Origin: Alkalilimnicola ehrlichii MLHE-1
GTDB taxonomy: Bacteria; Pseudomonadota; Gammaproteobacteria; Nitrococcales; Halorhodospiraceae
Length of the DNA stretch: 32,000 nucleotides
NCBI RefSeq assembly: GCF_000014785.1
Contig: NC_008340.1
Coordinates: 510,001 to 542,000, forward strand
Direction of reading: 5' to 3'
The notes beneath the pieces were generated by a model, which was given only the letters and a program-made list of their open reading frames with translations, searched no databases and had not been told where the DNA came from. The stretch's first letter is position 1. The number at the start of each line of letters is the position of its first letter. This document shows, piece by piece, positions 1 to 14,180 of the stretch. Position numbers and translations under genes: made by a program.

Positions 1-3392
<3,392 letters not shown>

Positions 3393-3399
3393 AGGCTTG

Positions 3400-3429
3400 C
3401 AGCTTGCGGGCCTGGTGGCCCGCAAGCTG
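3400..3429 (+). terminator. Perfect 13-bp hairpin 8 nt after the rpoC stop (possible rpoBC terminator or RNA-processing hairpin, no proper U-tract)
   Basis: CAGCTTGCGGGCC (3400-3412), loop TGGT, GGCCCGCAAGCTG (3417-3429). Only two T follow before the -35 box. Confidence 0.4.
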
Positions 3430-3458
3430 TTGACACGCACCAAGTGTCAGCCTAGAAT
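3430..3458 (+). promoter_or_regulatory. Candidate sigma70 promoter of the str (rpsL) operon
   Basis: Consensus -35 TTGACA (3430-3435), exact 17-nt spacer, -10 TAGAAT (3453-3458). It lies 70 nt upstream of the rpsL ATG. Confidence 0.6.
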
Positions 3459-3468
3459 TGCCGTCCTT

Positions 3469-3505
3469 CGACAGGCCGGGCCGCCCCCGGCCTGTCGTTT
3501 ATTCT
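3469..3505 (+). promoter_or_regulatory. Terminator-like leader hairpin plus T-rich tract in the predicted rpsL 5' UTR (attenuator candidate)
   Basis: CGACAGGCCGG (3469-3479) pairs perfectly with CCGGCCTGTCG (3487-3497) around a 7-nt loop. TTTATTCT follows. It lies downstream of the predicted -10 and upstream of the rpsL SD. Confidence 0.4.
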
Positions 3506-3527
3506 AATCAGGAAGTGAGCGTTTCCT

Positions 3528-3902
3528 ATGGCGACGATCAATCAGCTGGTCCGTAAAGGGCGTAAGCGCCGTGTGGCCAAGAGCAACGTCCCAGCGCTGG
3601 AGGCATCGCCTCAGAAGCGCGGCGTCTGCACCCGGGTCTACACGACCACGCCGAAGAAGCCGAACTCGGCGCTGCGTAAGGTCGCGCGCGTGCGGCTTAC
3701 CAATAACTATGAGGTGAGCTCCTACATCGGTGGTGAGGGGCACAACCTCCAGGAACACTCCGTTGTTCTGATTCGGGGTGGTCGTGTCAAGGACTTGCCG
3801 GGTGTGCGCTACCACGTGGTGCGTGGTGCGGCGGATACCGCCGGGGTCGACAAGCGCCGCCAGGGCCGTTCCAAGTACGGCGCCAAGCGGCCGAAGTCCT
3901 GA
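3528..3902 (+). CDS. rpsL: 30S ribosomal protein S12
   Basis: 124 aa starting [12 protein letters not shown], with the KKPNSALRK segment typical of S12. Conserved position before rpsG. Confidence 0.99.
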   Translation: MATINQLVRKGRKRRVAKSNVPALEASPQKRGVCTRVYTTTPKKPNSALRKVARVRLTNNYEVSSYIGGEGHNLQEHSVVLIRGGRVKDLPGVRYHVVRGAADTAGVDKRRQGRSKYGAKRPKS

Positions 3903-3942
3903 TCGGCCACGCGGTCGGCAGTCCGGTTTTCTCAAGGGTTAG

Positions 3943-4422
<480 letters not shown>

Positions 4423-4446
4423 GCAACGCCAATCGGGGTATTAGCT

Positions 4447-6546
4447 GTGGCACGCAAGACACCCATCGAACGGTATCGCAACATCGGCATCATGGCCCAC
4501 ATCGATGCCGGCAAGACGACCGCGACCGAGCGCATCCTGTTCTACACCGGTATCTCCCACAAGATTGGGGAGACCCACGAAGGGGCCGCGGTGATGGACT
4601 GGATGTCGCAGGAGCAGGAGCGTGGGATCACCATCACCTCCGCTGCGACGACCGCGTTCTGGCAGGGTATGGACCAGCAATACCCCCAGCATCGCATCAA
4701 CATCATCGACACCCCCGGTCACGTGGACTTCACCATTGAGGTGGAGCGCTCCCTGCGTGTGCTGGACGGGGCCATTGCCGTGTTCTGCGCGGTGGGTGGT
4801 GTCGAGCCGCAGTCCGAGACCGTTTGGCGCCAGGCGACCAAGTACGAAGTGCCGCGTATGGCCTTCGTCAACAAGATGGACCGCGCCGGCGCCAATTTCG
4901 GGCGCGTGGTCGAGCAGATCCGCACCCGGCTGAAGGCCACCCCGGTGCCACTGCAGCTTCCCATCGGGGCCGAGGACGAGTTCAAGGGCGTTGTCGACCT
5001 GGTCCGGATGAAGGCGATCTACTGGAACGAAGAGGACATGGGGGTCACCTACGAGCAGACCGATGTCCCGGCCGAGCTGGCCGATGAGGCTGCCGAGGCC
5101 CGTGAGTTCCTGGTGGAGGCCGCCGCCGAGGCCGACGAAGAGCTCATGGACAAGTACCTCGAAGGGGGTGAGTTGACCGTCGAGGAGATCAACCGGGGCC
5201 TGCGGGCGCGAACCCTGGCCAACGAGATCGTCCCGGCCTTCTGCGGCAGCGCCTTCAAGAACAAAGGCGTGCAGGCGCTGCTCGATGGCGTGATCGAATA
5301 CCTCCCGTCGCCGGTGGATGTCCCCGCCATCGAGGGCGAGCTGGACGATGCCGATGGCACCGTCGCCACCCGGAAGCCGGGCGACGATCAGCCCTTCGCG
5401 GCACTGGCCTTTAAGATCGCCACCGACCCCTATGTGGGCACGCTAACCTTCTTCCGGGTCTACTCCGGCGTGGTGCAGACCGGCGACACCGTCTTCAACC
5501 CGGTGAAGGGCAAGAAGGAGCGTCTGGGCCGTATCGTGCAGATGCACGCCAACTCCCGTGAGGAGATCAAAGAGGTGCGTGCCGGCGATATCGCCGCCGC
5601 CGTCGGCCTGAAGGACGTCACCACCGGTGACACCCTTTGCGACATCAATAACAAGATCACCCTGGAGCGGATGGAGTTCCCCGATCCGGTGATCTCGGTC
5701 GCGGTGGAGCCGAAGACCAAGGGCGACCAGGAAAAGATGGGCATGGCCCTGGGCAAGCTGGCCCAGGAGGACCCCTCCTTCCAGGTCCGCACCGACGAGG
5801 AGTCCGGCCAGACCATTATCTCCGGCATGGGCGAGCTGCACCTGGACATCATCGTCGACCGCCTGAAGCGGGAGTTCAAGGTCGAGGCCAATGTAGGCGC
5901 GCCGCAGGTGGCCTACCGGGAGACCATTCGCAAGACGGTGGAGCAGGAAGGCAAGTTCGTGCGCCAGTCGGGCGGTCGCGGCCAGTACGGCCACGTCCAC
6001 CTGCGGATCTCACCGCAGGAGCGCAACGCCGGTTACGAGTTCGTCAACTCCATCGTCGGTGGTGTGGTTCCGAAGGAATACATTCCCTCGGTGGATAAAG
6101 GTGCCTACGAGGCGCTGGAAAATGGTATCCTTGCCGGCTTCCCTGCGATCGACGTGAAGGTCGAGCTGTACGACGGCTCTTATCACGACGTCGACTCCTC
6201 CGAGGCCGCCTTCAAGATCGCCGGCTCCATGGCGATGAAGGAAGGGTTCATGAAGGCCGACCCGGTGCTCCTGGAGCCCATCATGCGGGTCGAGGTGGTC
6301 ACGCCGGAGGAGTACATGGGCGATGTCATGGGCGATCTCAACCGACGCCGTGGCACCGTTCAGGGCATGGAGGACGGCCCTTCCGGCAAGATCATCCGGG
6401 CCCAGGTCCCGCTGAAGGAGATGTTCGGTTACGCCACCGACCTCCGTTCGGCCACCCAGGGCCGCGCCTCCTACGTCATGTTCTTCGACGAGTACCAGGA
6501 GGCCCCGGCGAGCATCGCCGACGAGATCATCAAGAAGGCCTCCTGA
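4447..6546 (+). CDS. fusA: Elongation factor G
   Basis: 699 aa with a GTG start. GTPase motifs [17 protein letters not shown] and NKMD, full-length EF-G layout. Confidence 0.99.
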   Translation: MARKTPIERYRNIGIMAHIDAGKTTATERILFYTGISHKIGETHEGAAVMDWMSQEQERGITITSAATTAFWQGMDQQYPQHRINIIDTPGHVDFTIEVERSLRVLDGAIAVFCAVGGVEPQSETVWRQATKYEVPRMAFVNKMDRAGANFGRVVEQIRTRLKATPVPLQLPIGAEDEFKGVVDLVRMKAIYWNEEDMGVTYEQTDVPAELADEAAEAREFLVEAAAEADEELMDKYLEGGELTVEEINRGLRARTLANEIVPAFCGSAFKNKGVQALLDGVIEYLPSPVDVPAIEGELDDADGTVATRKPGDDQPFAALAFKIATDPYVGTLTFFRVYSGVVQTGDTVFNPVKGKKERLGRIVQMHANSREEIKEVRAGDIAAAVGLKDVTTGDTLCDINNKITLERMEFPDPVISVAVEPKTKGDQEKMGMALGKLAQEDPSFQVRTDEESGQTIISGMGELHLDIIVDRLKREFKVEANVGAPQVAYRETIRKTVEQEGKFVRQSGGRGQYGHVHLRISPQERNAGYEFVNSIVGGVVPKEYIPSVDKGAYEALENGILAGFPAIDVKVELYDGSYHDVDSSEAAFKIAGSMAMKEGFMKADPVLLEPIMRVEVVTPEEYMGDVMGDLNRRRGTVQGMEDGPSGKIIRAQVPLKEMFGYATDLRSATQGRASYVMFFDEYQEAPASIADEIIKKAS

Positions 6547-6614
6547 GGCTGATCGGACTGAGATAGCGGGCGGGCGCACAGGTCGCCCGGGCAGAAAAAG
6601 CAACGAGGTGTGTC

Positions 6615-7805
6615 GTGTCCAAGAGCAAGTTTGAGCGTAAGAAGCCACACGTAAACGTAGGGACCATTGGTCACGTTGACCATGGTAAGACGACGCTGAC
6701 GGCGGCGATGACGGTGGTGCTGGCGGAAGCGTTTGGGGGTGACGCCCGGGCCTTTGATCAGATTGACAACGCGCCGGAGGAGAAGGCGCGTGGTATCACG
6801 ATTGCGACGGCGCACGTGGAGTATGAGACGAGTGAGCGTCACTATGCGCACGTGGACTGCCCGGGTCACGCGGATTATGTGAAGAACATGATCACGGGTG
6901 CGGCGCAGATGGACGGTGCCATTTTGGTGGTGTCTGCTGCGGACGGTCCGATGCCGCAGACGCGGGAGCACATTTTGCTGGCGCGTCAGGTGGGTGTGCC
7001 GTACATCGTGGTTTACCTGAACAAGGCGGACATGGTGGACGACGAGGAGCTTCTGGAGCTGGTGGAGATGGAGGTCCGGGAGCTTCTGAGTGATTACGAT
7101 TTCCCGGGTGATGACACGCCGGTGATCACGGGTTCGGCGCTGAAGGCGCTGGAGGGTGATGACTCGGAGATTGGCAAGCCGTCGATCATCAAGCTGGCGG
7201 AGGCGATGGATGAGTACATTCCGACGCCGGAGCGTCCGGTGGATCAGCCGTTCCTGATGCCGATTGAGGACGTGTTCTCGATTTCGGGTCGGGGCACGGT
7301 GGTGACGGGTCGTGTGGAGCGTGGTGTGATCAAGACCGGTGAGGAGGTTGAGATTGTGGGTCTGAAGGAGACCCAGAAGACGACCTGCACGGGTGTTGAG
7401 ATGTTCCGCAAGATGCTGGACCAGGGTGAGGCCGGTGATAACATCGGTGCGCTGCTGCGTGGCACCAAGCGAGATGAGGTGGAGCGTGGTCAGGTGCTGT
7501 GCAAGCCGGGCAGCATCACGCCGCACACGAAGTTTGAGTGTGAGGTGTACGTGCTGAGCAAGGACGAGGGGGGTCGACACACCCCGTTCTTTAACGGTTA
7601 CCGTCCGCAGTTTTACTTCCGTACCACGGACGTGACCGGTTCCTGCGAGCTGCCCGAGGGTGTGGAGATGGTGATGCCGGGTGACAACGTCAAGATGACG
7701 GTGTCGCTGATTGCGCCCATCGCCATGGAAGATGGGCTGCGTTTCGCGGTCCGCGAGGGCGGCCGCACCGTGGGTGCCGGCGTCGTCTCCAAGATCATCG
7801 AGTAA
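6615..7805 (+). CDS. tuf: Elongation factor Tu
   Basis: 396 aa with a GTG start. Motifs [17 protein letters not shown] and NKAD. Ends VVSKIIE-stop. Confidence 0.99.
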   Translation: MSKSKFERKKPHVNVGTIGHVDHGKTTLTAAMTVVLAEAFGGDARAFDQIDNAPEEKARGITIATAHVEYETSERHYAHVDCPGHADYVKNMITGAAQMDGAILVVSAADGPMPQTREHILLARQVGVPYIVVYLNKADMVDDEELLELVEMEVRELLSDYDFPGDDTPVITGSALKALEGDDSEIGKPSIIKLAEAMDEYIPTPERPVDQPFLMPIEDVFSISGRGTVVTGRVERGVIKTGEEVEIVGLKETQKTTCTGVEMFRKMLDQGEAGDNIGALLRGTKRDEVERGQVLCKPGSITPHTKFECEVYVLSKDEGGRHTPFFNGYRPQFYFRTTDVTGSCELPEGVEMVMPGDNVKMTVSLIAPIAMEDGLRFAVREGGRTVGAGVVSKIIE

Positions 7806-7809
7806 CATC

Positions 7810-8121
7810 ATGGCGAATCAGAGAATCCGAATTCGACTGAAGGCGTTCGATCACCGTTTGATCGATCAGTCTGCGCGGGAGATCGTAGAGACGGCGAAGC
7901 GGACCGGGGCGCATGTCAAGGGCCCGATCCCATTGCCAGTGAAGAAGGAAAAGTTTACGATCCTCATCTCGCCGCACGTCAACAAGGACGCGCGGGACCA
8001 GTATGAGATCCGTACCCACAAGCGCCTCATGGATATCATCGACCCCACTGATAAGACGGTCGATGCCCTTATGAAGCTGGATCTCGCCGCTGGCGTAGAC
8101 GTTCAGATCAAGCTGTACTGA
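7810..8121 (+). CDS. rpsJ: 30S ribosomal protein S10
   Basis: ATG at 7810 gives 103 aa starting [15 protein letters not shown]. The track ORF start at 7711 is an in-frame extension that overlaps tuf. Confidence 0.98.
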   Translation: MANQRIRIRLKAFDHRLIDQSAREIVETAKRTGAHVKGPIPLPVKKEKFTILISPHVNKDARDQYEIRTHKRLMDIIDPTDKTVDALMKLDLAAGVDVQIKLY

Positions 8122-8142
8122 ACCCGTCCGTCAAAGCCTATG

Positions 8143-8170
8143 CCGCCCCGCCGCACCCGCCGGCGGGGGG
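8143..8170 (+). other. GC-rich intercistronic hairpin between rpsJ and rplC
   Basis: CCCCGCCG (8146-8153) pairs perfectly with CGGCGGGG (8161-8168) around a 7-nt loop. It extends by 2 bp with one bulge. It sits in an unusually long 74-nt gap. Confidence 0.5.
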
Positions 8171-8195
8171 TACGCTTTGTTGATAGGAGTCAACC

Positions 8196-8852
8196 ATGTC
8201 TATCGGAATAGTCGGCCGCAAAGCCGGCATGACGCGCGTCTTCACTGAGGACGGGGCGTCGGTGCCGGTTACGGTTATTGAGGCCTCGCCCAACCGGGTC
8301 ACGCAGGTGCGCACCCCGGAGCGCGATGGCTACAGCGGCGTGCAGGTGACCGCCGGCAGCCGCCGTCCCAACCGGGTCAGCAAGCCCATGGCAGGGCATT
8401 TCGCCGCCGCCGGCGTCGATGCCGGTCGCGGTGTCTGGGAGTTCCGCGTCAGCGACGGTCAGGCCATTGAGCTTGAGGCCGGCAAAGAGCTGACCGTGGA
8501 GACCTTCGAGGCCGGTCAGGTGGTGGACATCACCGGCACCAGCAAGGGCAAGGGCTTCGCCGGCACCGTCAAGCGGCACAACTTCCGCACCCAGGACGCG
8601 ACCCACGGCAACTCCCTGGCGCACCGGGCCCCGGGCTCCATCGGTCAGAACCAGACCCCCGGCCGGGTGTTCAAGGGCAAGAAGATGGCCGGCCAGATGG
8701 GTAACAAGCGCAGCACCGTCAAGAATCTCGAGGTGGTGCGCGTGGATGCCGAGCGCCATCTCCTCCTGGTGCGCGGCTCGGTGCCCGGCGCGGTGGGCAG
8801 TGATGTCATCGTGCGCCCCGCGCGCAACCAGCGAAAGAAGGGGGATAGCTGA
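8196..8852 (+). CDS. rplC: 50S ribosomal protein L3
   Basis: 218 aa starting [23 protein letters not shown] 7 nt upstream. Synteny. Confidence 0.99.
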
Positions 8853-9469
8853 TGGAACTTCAGCTCAGGAACGCGCAGGGTCAGACCGACGGCTCGGTGC
8901 AGGTGGCGGACGCCGCCTTCGGCGACCGGTTCCGCGAGGCGCTGATCCATCAGGTGGTCGTGGCCTATCTCGCCGGCGCCCGCGCCGGGACCCGCGCCCA
9001 GAAGACCCGCGCCGAAGTGCGCGGTGGCGGCGCCAAGCCCTGGCGGCAGAAAGGCACTGGCCGGGCCCGCGCCGGCACTATCCGCAGCCCGATCTGGGTC
9101 GGCGGTGGCCGCGCTTTCGCGGCCCGGCCGCAGGACCACGGCCAAAAGGTCAACAAGAAGATGTACCGCGGTGCCCTCCGCTCCATCTTCTCCGAGTTGG
9201 CCCGTCAGGAGCGCCTGGTGGTGGTCGAGAGCATCGGCGTCGATGAGCCCAAGACCGCCAAGCTCGCTGCCCAACTGGAGCAGTTGGGCGTTGAGCGGCC
9301 GCTGATCGTCGCCGACGAGGTGGATCAGAACCTGTACCTGGCGGCCCGTAACCTGCCGGGCGTGGATGTCCGCGACGTCCCCGGGCTCGACCCGGTGGCC
9401 CTGGTGGGTGCCGAGCAGGTGGTCATTACCGTGCAGGCCCTGCGTCAGGTCGAGGAGTGGCTGTCATGA
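8852..9469 (+). CDS. rplD: 50S ribosomal protein L4
   Basis: 205 aa. [24 protein letters not shown] and [12 protein letters not shown] match E. coli L4 (from memory). Start overlaps the rplC stop by 1 nt. Confidence 0.99.
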
Positions 9470-9765
9470 GAATCGAGCGTTTGTACGAGGTCGTGCGCGC
9501 GCCGCACATCTCTGAAAAGAGCACCCTGGCAGCCGAGGAGCGCAACGAGGTGGTCTTCAAGGTCGCCGTGGATGCCCGCAAGGCGGAGATCCGCCAGGCC
9601 GTCGAGCAGCTGTTCGACGTCAAGGTCCGGGACGTGCGCACCGTCAAGATGAAGGGTAAGCGCAAGCGTTTCGGCCGGCTGGAGGGCAAGCGGCCCGACT
9701 GGAAGAAGGCCTACGTCACCCTGGAAGAGGGTAACGAGATCGATTTCCTCGGCGGCGCCGAGTAA
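9466..9765 (+). CDS. rplW: 50S ribosomal protein L23
   Basis: ATG 9466 overlaps the rplD stop (ATGA) and gives [19 protein letters not shown], matching the L23 N-terminus. The track start GTG 9457 is an alternative. Confidence 0.95.
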
Positions 9766-9813
9766 CGTTCACGGGCAGCGGCAAGGCTGCCCCAGACTGG
9801 AACGGGCAGAACA

Positions 9814-10638
9814 ATGGCACTGGTTAAGGCAAAACCGACTTCTCCGGGGCGCCGCTTCGTCGTGACGGTGCGCAATAAGGAGCTCCACGCCGGGGCGCCT
9901 TATGAGCCGCTGGTCGAGAAGAAGACTCGCAAGGGCGGTCGCAACAACACCGGGCGGATCACCACGCGGCACCGCGGCGGCGGTCACAAGCAGCGCTACC
10001 GGGTGATCGACTTCCGTCGCGACAAGGACGGGGTCCCCGGGCAGGTGGAGCGGCTGGAGTACGATCCCAACCGCAGCGCCAATATTGCATTGGTACTTTA
10101 TCGGGACGGCGAGAGAAGGTATATTATCGCGCCCCGTGGCGTCTCGGCCGGTACGGAGATCGTTTCCGGGGTCGATGCGCCAATCAAACCGGGCAATGCG
10201 CTGCCGCTGCGCAATATCCCGGTGGGCACGCAGGTGCACTGCGTGGAGCTGCGCCCGGGCAAGGGTGCCCAGTTGGCGCGCTCCGCCGGTGCCAACGCCC
10301 AGTTGGTTGCGCGGGAAGGGCGCTACGCCACCGTGCGGCTGCGTTCGGGTGAGATGCGCCAGGTGCTGGCCGAGTGCAAGGCCACCGTCGGCGAGGTCGG
10401 CAACTCCGAGCACGCGCTGCGCTCGCTCGGCAAGGCCGGCGCCAAGCGGCACAAGGGTATTCGTCCCACCGTTCGTGGTGTTGCCATGAACCCGGTCGAC
10501 CACCCCCATGGTGGCGGTGAGGGCCGGACCTCCGGCGGCCGCCACCCGGTTTCGCCGTGGGGTGTGCCCACTAAGGGTCACAAGACCCGCAGCAACAAGC
10601 GCACCGACAAGTTCATTGTGCGCCGTCGGAAACGCTAA
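9814..10638 (+). CDS. rplB: 50S ribosomal protein L2
   Basis: 274 aa with the [13 protein letters not shown] motif. Synteny. Confidence 0.99.
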
Positions 10639-10660
10639 GGATTAACGAGGGTCGTCTACC

Positions 10661-10933
10661 GTGCCACGTTCAGTCAAAAAGGGTCCGTTCGTTGATGGCC
10701 ACCTGCTCAGCAAGGTGGAGAAGGCGCGCGAGAGCAACAGCAAGCGGCCGATCAAGACCTGGTCGCGGCGGTCCATGGTCCTGCCGCAGATGGTGGGCCT
10801 GACTATCGCCATCCACAACGGTCGTCAGCATGTGCCGGTCCTGATCAATGAGAACATGGTCGGCCACAAGCTCGGTGAGTTCGCTGCGACCCGCACCTAC
10901 CGCGGTCACGCGGCGGGCAAGAAAACCAAGTAG
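10661..10933 (+). CDS. rpsS: 30S ribosomal protein S19
   Basis: 90 aa with a GTG start. [12 protein letters not shown] and [16 protein letters not shown]. Confidence 0.98.
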
Positions 10934-10942
10934 GGGTAAGGC

Positions 10943-11278
10943 ATGGAAACTTCCGCCAAACTCAAGTTCTCGCGCCTGTCGCCGCAGAAGGCGCGGTTGG
11001 TCGCAGACCAGGTGCGCGGGCTGCCGGTCGAGAAGGCGCTCGAGATTCTCGAATTCAGCCCGAAAAAGGCTGCTGCGATCGTGCGCAAGGTGCTCGATTC
11101 GGCGGTTGCCAACGCTGAGCACAACGATGGGGCCGACATCGACGCCCTGCGCGTCGCGCGCATCTTCGTCGATGAGGGGCCGATGCTCAAGCGGATTCGC
11201 CCGCGAGCCAAGGGGCGGGCCAACCGCATCCTGAAGCGGACCAGCCACATCACCGTCACGGTGGCAGAGCAGCAGTAA
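10943..11278 (+). CDS. rplV: 50S ribosomal protein L22
   Basis: 111 aa. [14 protein letters not shown] is typical of L22. Synteny. Confidence 0.98.
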   Translation: METSAKLKFSRLSPQKARLVADQVRGLPVEKALEILEFSPKKAAAIVRKVLDSAVANAEHNDGADIDALRVARIFVDEGPMLKRIRPRAKGRANRILKRTSHITVTVAEQQ

Positions 11279-11290
11279 AGAGGGGCCGTA

Positions 11291-11971
11291 ATGGGGCACA
11301 AAGTACATCCTACGGGTTTTCGTCTCGGTGTCACCGAAGACTGGCGGTCCATGTGGTACGCCGGCAGCAGTAACTTCGGTGAGTACCTCAACACCGATCT
11401 GCAGGTGCGCAACTTCATTCGTAAGAAGCTCGCGCACGCATCGGTGAGCCGGATCCGCATCGAGCGGCCCGCAAAGAACGCGCTGGTGACCATCCACACC
11501 GCCCGTCCCGGCATTGTCATTGGGAAAAAGGGCGAGGATATCGATCGGCTGCGGGGCGAAGTGGCCCGGCTGATGGGTGTACCGGTGCACATCAACATTG
11601 AAGAGATCCGCAAGCCGGAGCTCGACGCCAAGCTGGTCGCCGAGAGTGTGGCCCAGCAGCTGGAGCGGCGCATCATGTTCCGCCGCGCCATGAAGCGGGC
11701 CGTGGGCAACGCCATGCGGCTCGGCGCCCAGGGCATCAAGGTGCACGTCTCCGGTCGTCTCAACGGCGCCGAGATCGCGCGCAGCGAGTGGTACCGCGAG
11801 GGGCGCGTGCCGCTGCATACCCTGCGCGCCAACATCGACTACGGGGTCGCCGAGGCCCACACCACCTATGGCGTGATCGGCGTCAAGGTCTGGGTCTTCA
11901 AGGGCGAGATCATCGACAGCGACGCCCAGCCGGCGGCTGGTGGCGAAGGCGCCCGTCAGGGCAAGGGTTGA
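11291..11971 (+). CDS. rpsC: 30S ribosomal protein S3
   Basis: 226 aa starting [15 protein letters not shown]-domain region, [22 protein letters not shown]. Confidence 0.99.
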   Translation: MGHKVHPTGFRLGVTEDWRSMWYAGSSNFGEYLNTDLQVRNFIRKKLAHASVSRIRIERPAKNALVTIHTARPGIVIGKKGEDIDRLRGEVARLMGVPVHINIEEIRKPELDAKLVAESVAQQLERRIMFRRAMKRAVGNAMRLGAQGIKVHVSGRLNGAEIARSEWYREGRVPLHTLRANIDYGVAEAHTTYGVIGVKVWVFKGEIIDSDAQPAAGGEGARQGKG

Positions 11972-11975
11972 AGTC

Positions 11976-12389
11976 ATGCTACAGCCGAAGAGAACGAAGT
12001 TTCGGAAACAGCAGAAGGGCCGCAACTACGGCCTGGCCTCGCGCGGCAACGCCGTCTCCTTCGGTGAGTACGGGCTCAAGGCCGTGACGCGCGGTCCGAT
12101 TACCGCGCGCCAGATCGAGGCCGGCCGGCGGGCCATCAACCGCCACGTCAAGCGTGGTGGCAAGGTCTGGATCCGGGTCTTCCCGGACAAGCCGATCACC
12201 GCCAAGCCGCTGGAAGTGCGGCAGGGTAAGGGTAAGGGCAACGTGGACCACTGGGCCTTTCCGGTGCAGCCGGGCCGCGTGCTCTATGAGATCGAGGGCG
12301 TTTCCGAGGAGCTGGCGCGCGAGGCGTTCCGCCGCGCGGCGGCCAAGCTGCCGGTCAGGACCACCTTTGTGCAGCGGACGGTGCTGTGA
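11976..12389 (+). CDS. rplP: 50S ribosomal protein L16
   Basis: ATG 11976 gives [16 protein letters not shown] (137 aa). The track start at 11940 overlaps the rpsC 3' end. Confidence 0.97.
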
Positions 12390-12586
12390 TGAAAGCGAGC
12401 GAACTCAGAGAGAAAGACGTAACCGCTCTGCAGGCCGAGCTCGGTGAGCGCCTCAAGGAGCGTTTTAACCTGCGCATCCAACAGGCGACCGGGCAACTGG
12501 CGCGGCCGGATCAACTCCGGAAGGTTCGTCGCGACATCGCCCGGGTCAAGACGGTGCTCAACGAGAAGACGGCAGGTAAGGCGTGA
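12389..12586 (+). CDS. rpmC: 50S ribosomal protein L29
   Basis: ATG 12389 overlaps the rplP stop. MKASELREK and [15 protein letters not shown] match L29. GTG 12386 is an alternative start. Confidence 0.96.
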
Positions 12587-12849
12587 TGACTGAGAATGAG
12601 AAGGTGACCCGGAACGTCCAGGGCCGGGTAGTCAGCAACAAGGCCGACAAGACCATCACGGTGCTGGTGGAGCGGCGGGTTCGTCATCCGCTTTATGGGA
12701 AGTACATCCGGCGCTCTTCCAAGATGCAAGCCCACGACGAAGGCAATGAGTGCCAGGTCGGGGATGTGGTCACCATCGAGCAGTGCCGGCCGATCTCCAA
12801 GAGCAAGGCCTGGCGGTTGGTCAAGGTACTCGAGCGCGCCGCTCAGTAA
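12586..12849 (+). CDS. rpsQ: 30S ribosomal protein S17
   Basis: ATG 12586 overlaps the rpmC stop. [28 protein letters not shown] is typical of S17. GTG 12583 is an alternative start. Confidence 0.96.
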   Translation: MTENEKVTRNVQGRVVSNKADKTITVLVERRVRHPLYGKYIRRSSKMQAHDEGNECQVGDVVTIEQCRPISKSKAWRLVKVLERAAQ

Positions 12850-12909
12850 GCGCGCGCAAGGCTCGACCCCAAGCGGTCGCAGTGCGGACACAGACAGCGG
12901 GATATCGCC

Positions 12910-13278
12910 ATGATTCAGATGCAGACCACCCTGGGTGTAGCCGACAATTCCGGCGCGCGCCAGGTCCAGTGTATTAAGGTGCTCGGGGGCTCCCGGCGCC
13001 GTTATGCCGGCATCGGCGACATTATCAAGGTGAGCGTCAAGGATGCGATCCCGCGTGGGCGGGTCAAGAAGGGCGAGGTGTACAACGCCGTCGTCGTTCG
13101 GACCCGCCGCGGTGTACGCCGTCCGGACGGCTCCGTCATCCGATTCGACGGCAATGCCGCCGTGCTGCTGAATAACCAGCTTCAGCCCATTGGAACCCGC
13201 GTATTCGGGCCCGTGACCCGGGAGCTGCGCAGCGAGAAGTTCATGCGCATCATCTCCCTGGCGCCCGAGGTGCTTTGA
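12910..13278 (+). CDS. rplN: 50S ribosomal protein L14
   Basis: 122 aa starting [17 protein letters not shown]. Confidence 0.99.
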   Translation: MIQMQTTLGVADNSGARQVQCIKVLGGSRRRYAGIGDIIKVSVKDAIPRGRVKKGEVYNAVVVRTRRGVRRPDGSVIRFDGNAAVLLNNQLQPIGTRVFGPVTRELRSEKFMRIISLAPEVL

Positions 13279-13288
13279 AGAGGTAGTC

Positions 13289-13609
13289 ATGCGCAAGATC
13301 AGGCAAGGCGACGACGTCGTCATCATCGCCGGCAAGGACAAAGGCCGTCGCGGGCGTGTCATTCGGGTGTATCCCGACCAGGAGAAGCTCCTGGTCGAGA
13401 ACGTCAACGTGGTGAAGCGCCACCGAAAGGGTAACCCGCAGCAGGGCGAGGCCGGCGGCATCATCGAGCAGGAAAAGCCGATCCATCAGTCCAACGTGGC
13501 GCTCTACAACCCAGCCACGGAGAAGGGTGATCGTGTAGGCATCCGGGTGCTGGAGGACGGGAGCAAGGCCCGTTACTTCAAGTCCAACAACGAACTGGTC
13601 GACGGTTAA
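13289..13609 (+). CDS. rplX: 50S ribosomal protein L24
   Basis: 106 aa. [22 protein letters not shown] is a KOW motif. Confidence 0.98.
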   Translation: MRKIRQGDDVVIIAGKDKGRRGRVIRVYPDQEKLLVENVNVVKRHRKGNPQQGEAGGIIEQEKPIHQSNVALYNPATEKGDRVGIRVLEDGSKARYFKSNNELVDG

Positions 13610-13618
13610 GGTGCGGTG

Positions 13619-14158
13619 ATGGTCAGGCTGCAAGAACAGTATCAAGCCGAGGTCAAGCAGGCCCTGCGGGACCGGTTCGGCTATGACAACGTGATGGAGA
13701 TTCCGCGGCTCAGCAAGGTCACCCTGAACATGGGCCTGGGCGAGGCGGTACGGGACAAGAAGGTCCTGGAGAGCGCGCAGGCGGAGATGGCGGAGATCGC
13801 CGGTCAGAAGCCGATTCTGACTTACGCCCGCAAGTCGGTGGCCGGGTTCAAGATCCGCGACGGCTGGCCCATCGGCTGCAAGGTGACGCTGCGCCGGGAG
13901 CGGATGTATGAGTTCCTGGACCGGTTCATCAACGTGGCCGCGCCGCGCATCCGCGACTTCCGCGGCTTCAATCCGCGGTCGTTTGACGGCCGGGGCAACT
14001 ACAACCTCGGTGTCCGGGAACAGCTGATCTTCCCGGAGATCGACTACGAAAAAGTGGACGCCGTGCGCGGGATGGATATCACCATCACCACGACGGCGAA
14101 GACCGACGAGGAGGGCCAGGCCCTGCTCGAAGGCTTCAACTTCCCGTTCCGCAAGTAA
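13619..14158 (+). CDS. rplE: 50S ribosomal protein L5
   Basis: [16 protein letters not shown] matches L5. Start is ATG 13619, or the adjacent GTG 13616 used by the track. Confidence 0.96.
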   Translation: MVRLQEQYQAEVKQALRDRFGYDNVMEIPRLSKVTLNMGLGEAVRDKKVLESAQAEMAEIAGQKPILTYARKSVAGFKIRDGWPIGCKVTLRRERMYEFLDRFINVAAPRIRDFRGFNPRSFDGRGNYNLGVREQLIFPEIDYEKVDAVRGMDITITTTAKTDEEGQALLEGFNFPFRK

Positions 14159-14180
14159 ACAGACGAGATAGGTTCCGGCG

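Noticed and set aside
7711-7809. Upstream in-frame extensions offered by the ORF track for rpsJ (7711), rplP (11940), rpoA (20101), the SAM hydrolase (21510), mdh (22806), the esterase (24871), the aminotransferase (27257) and the methyltransferase (28650)
   Set aside because: In each case the extension overlaps the preceding gene or a terminator and lacks family similarity. An internal ATG or GTG with an SD reproduces the canonical family N-terminus.
6471-7811. 446-aa minus-strand ORF exactly coextensive with tuf
   Set aside because: It is a shadow ORF on the antisense strand of an unambiguous EF-Tu gene. Its translation is His/Arg/Leu/Thr-rich low-complexity sequence with no recognisable domain. 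The open frame is explained by the G/T-ending codon bias of tuf.
10670-12025. 451-aa and 309-aa minus-strand ORFs across rpsS-rplV-rpsC
   Set aside because: They are antisense to four conserved ribosomal protein genes, which makes them a high-GC artefact.
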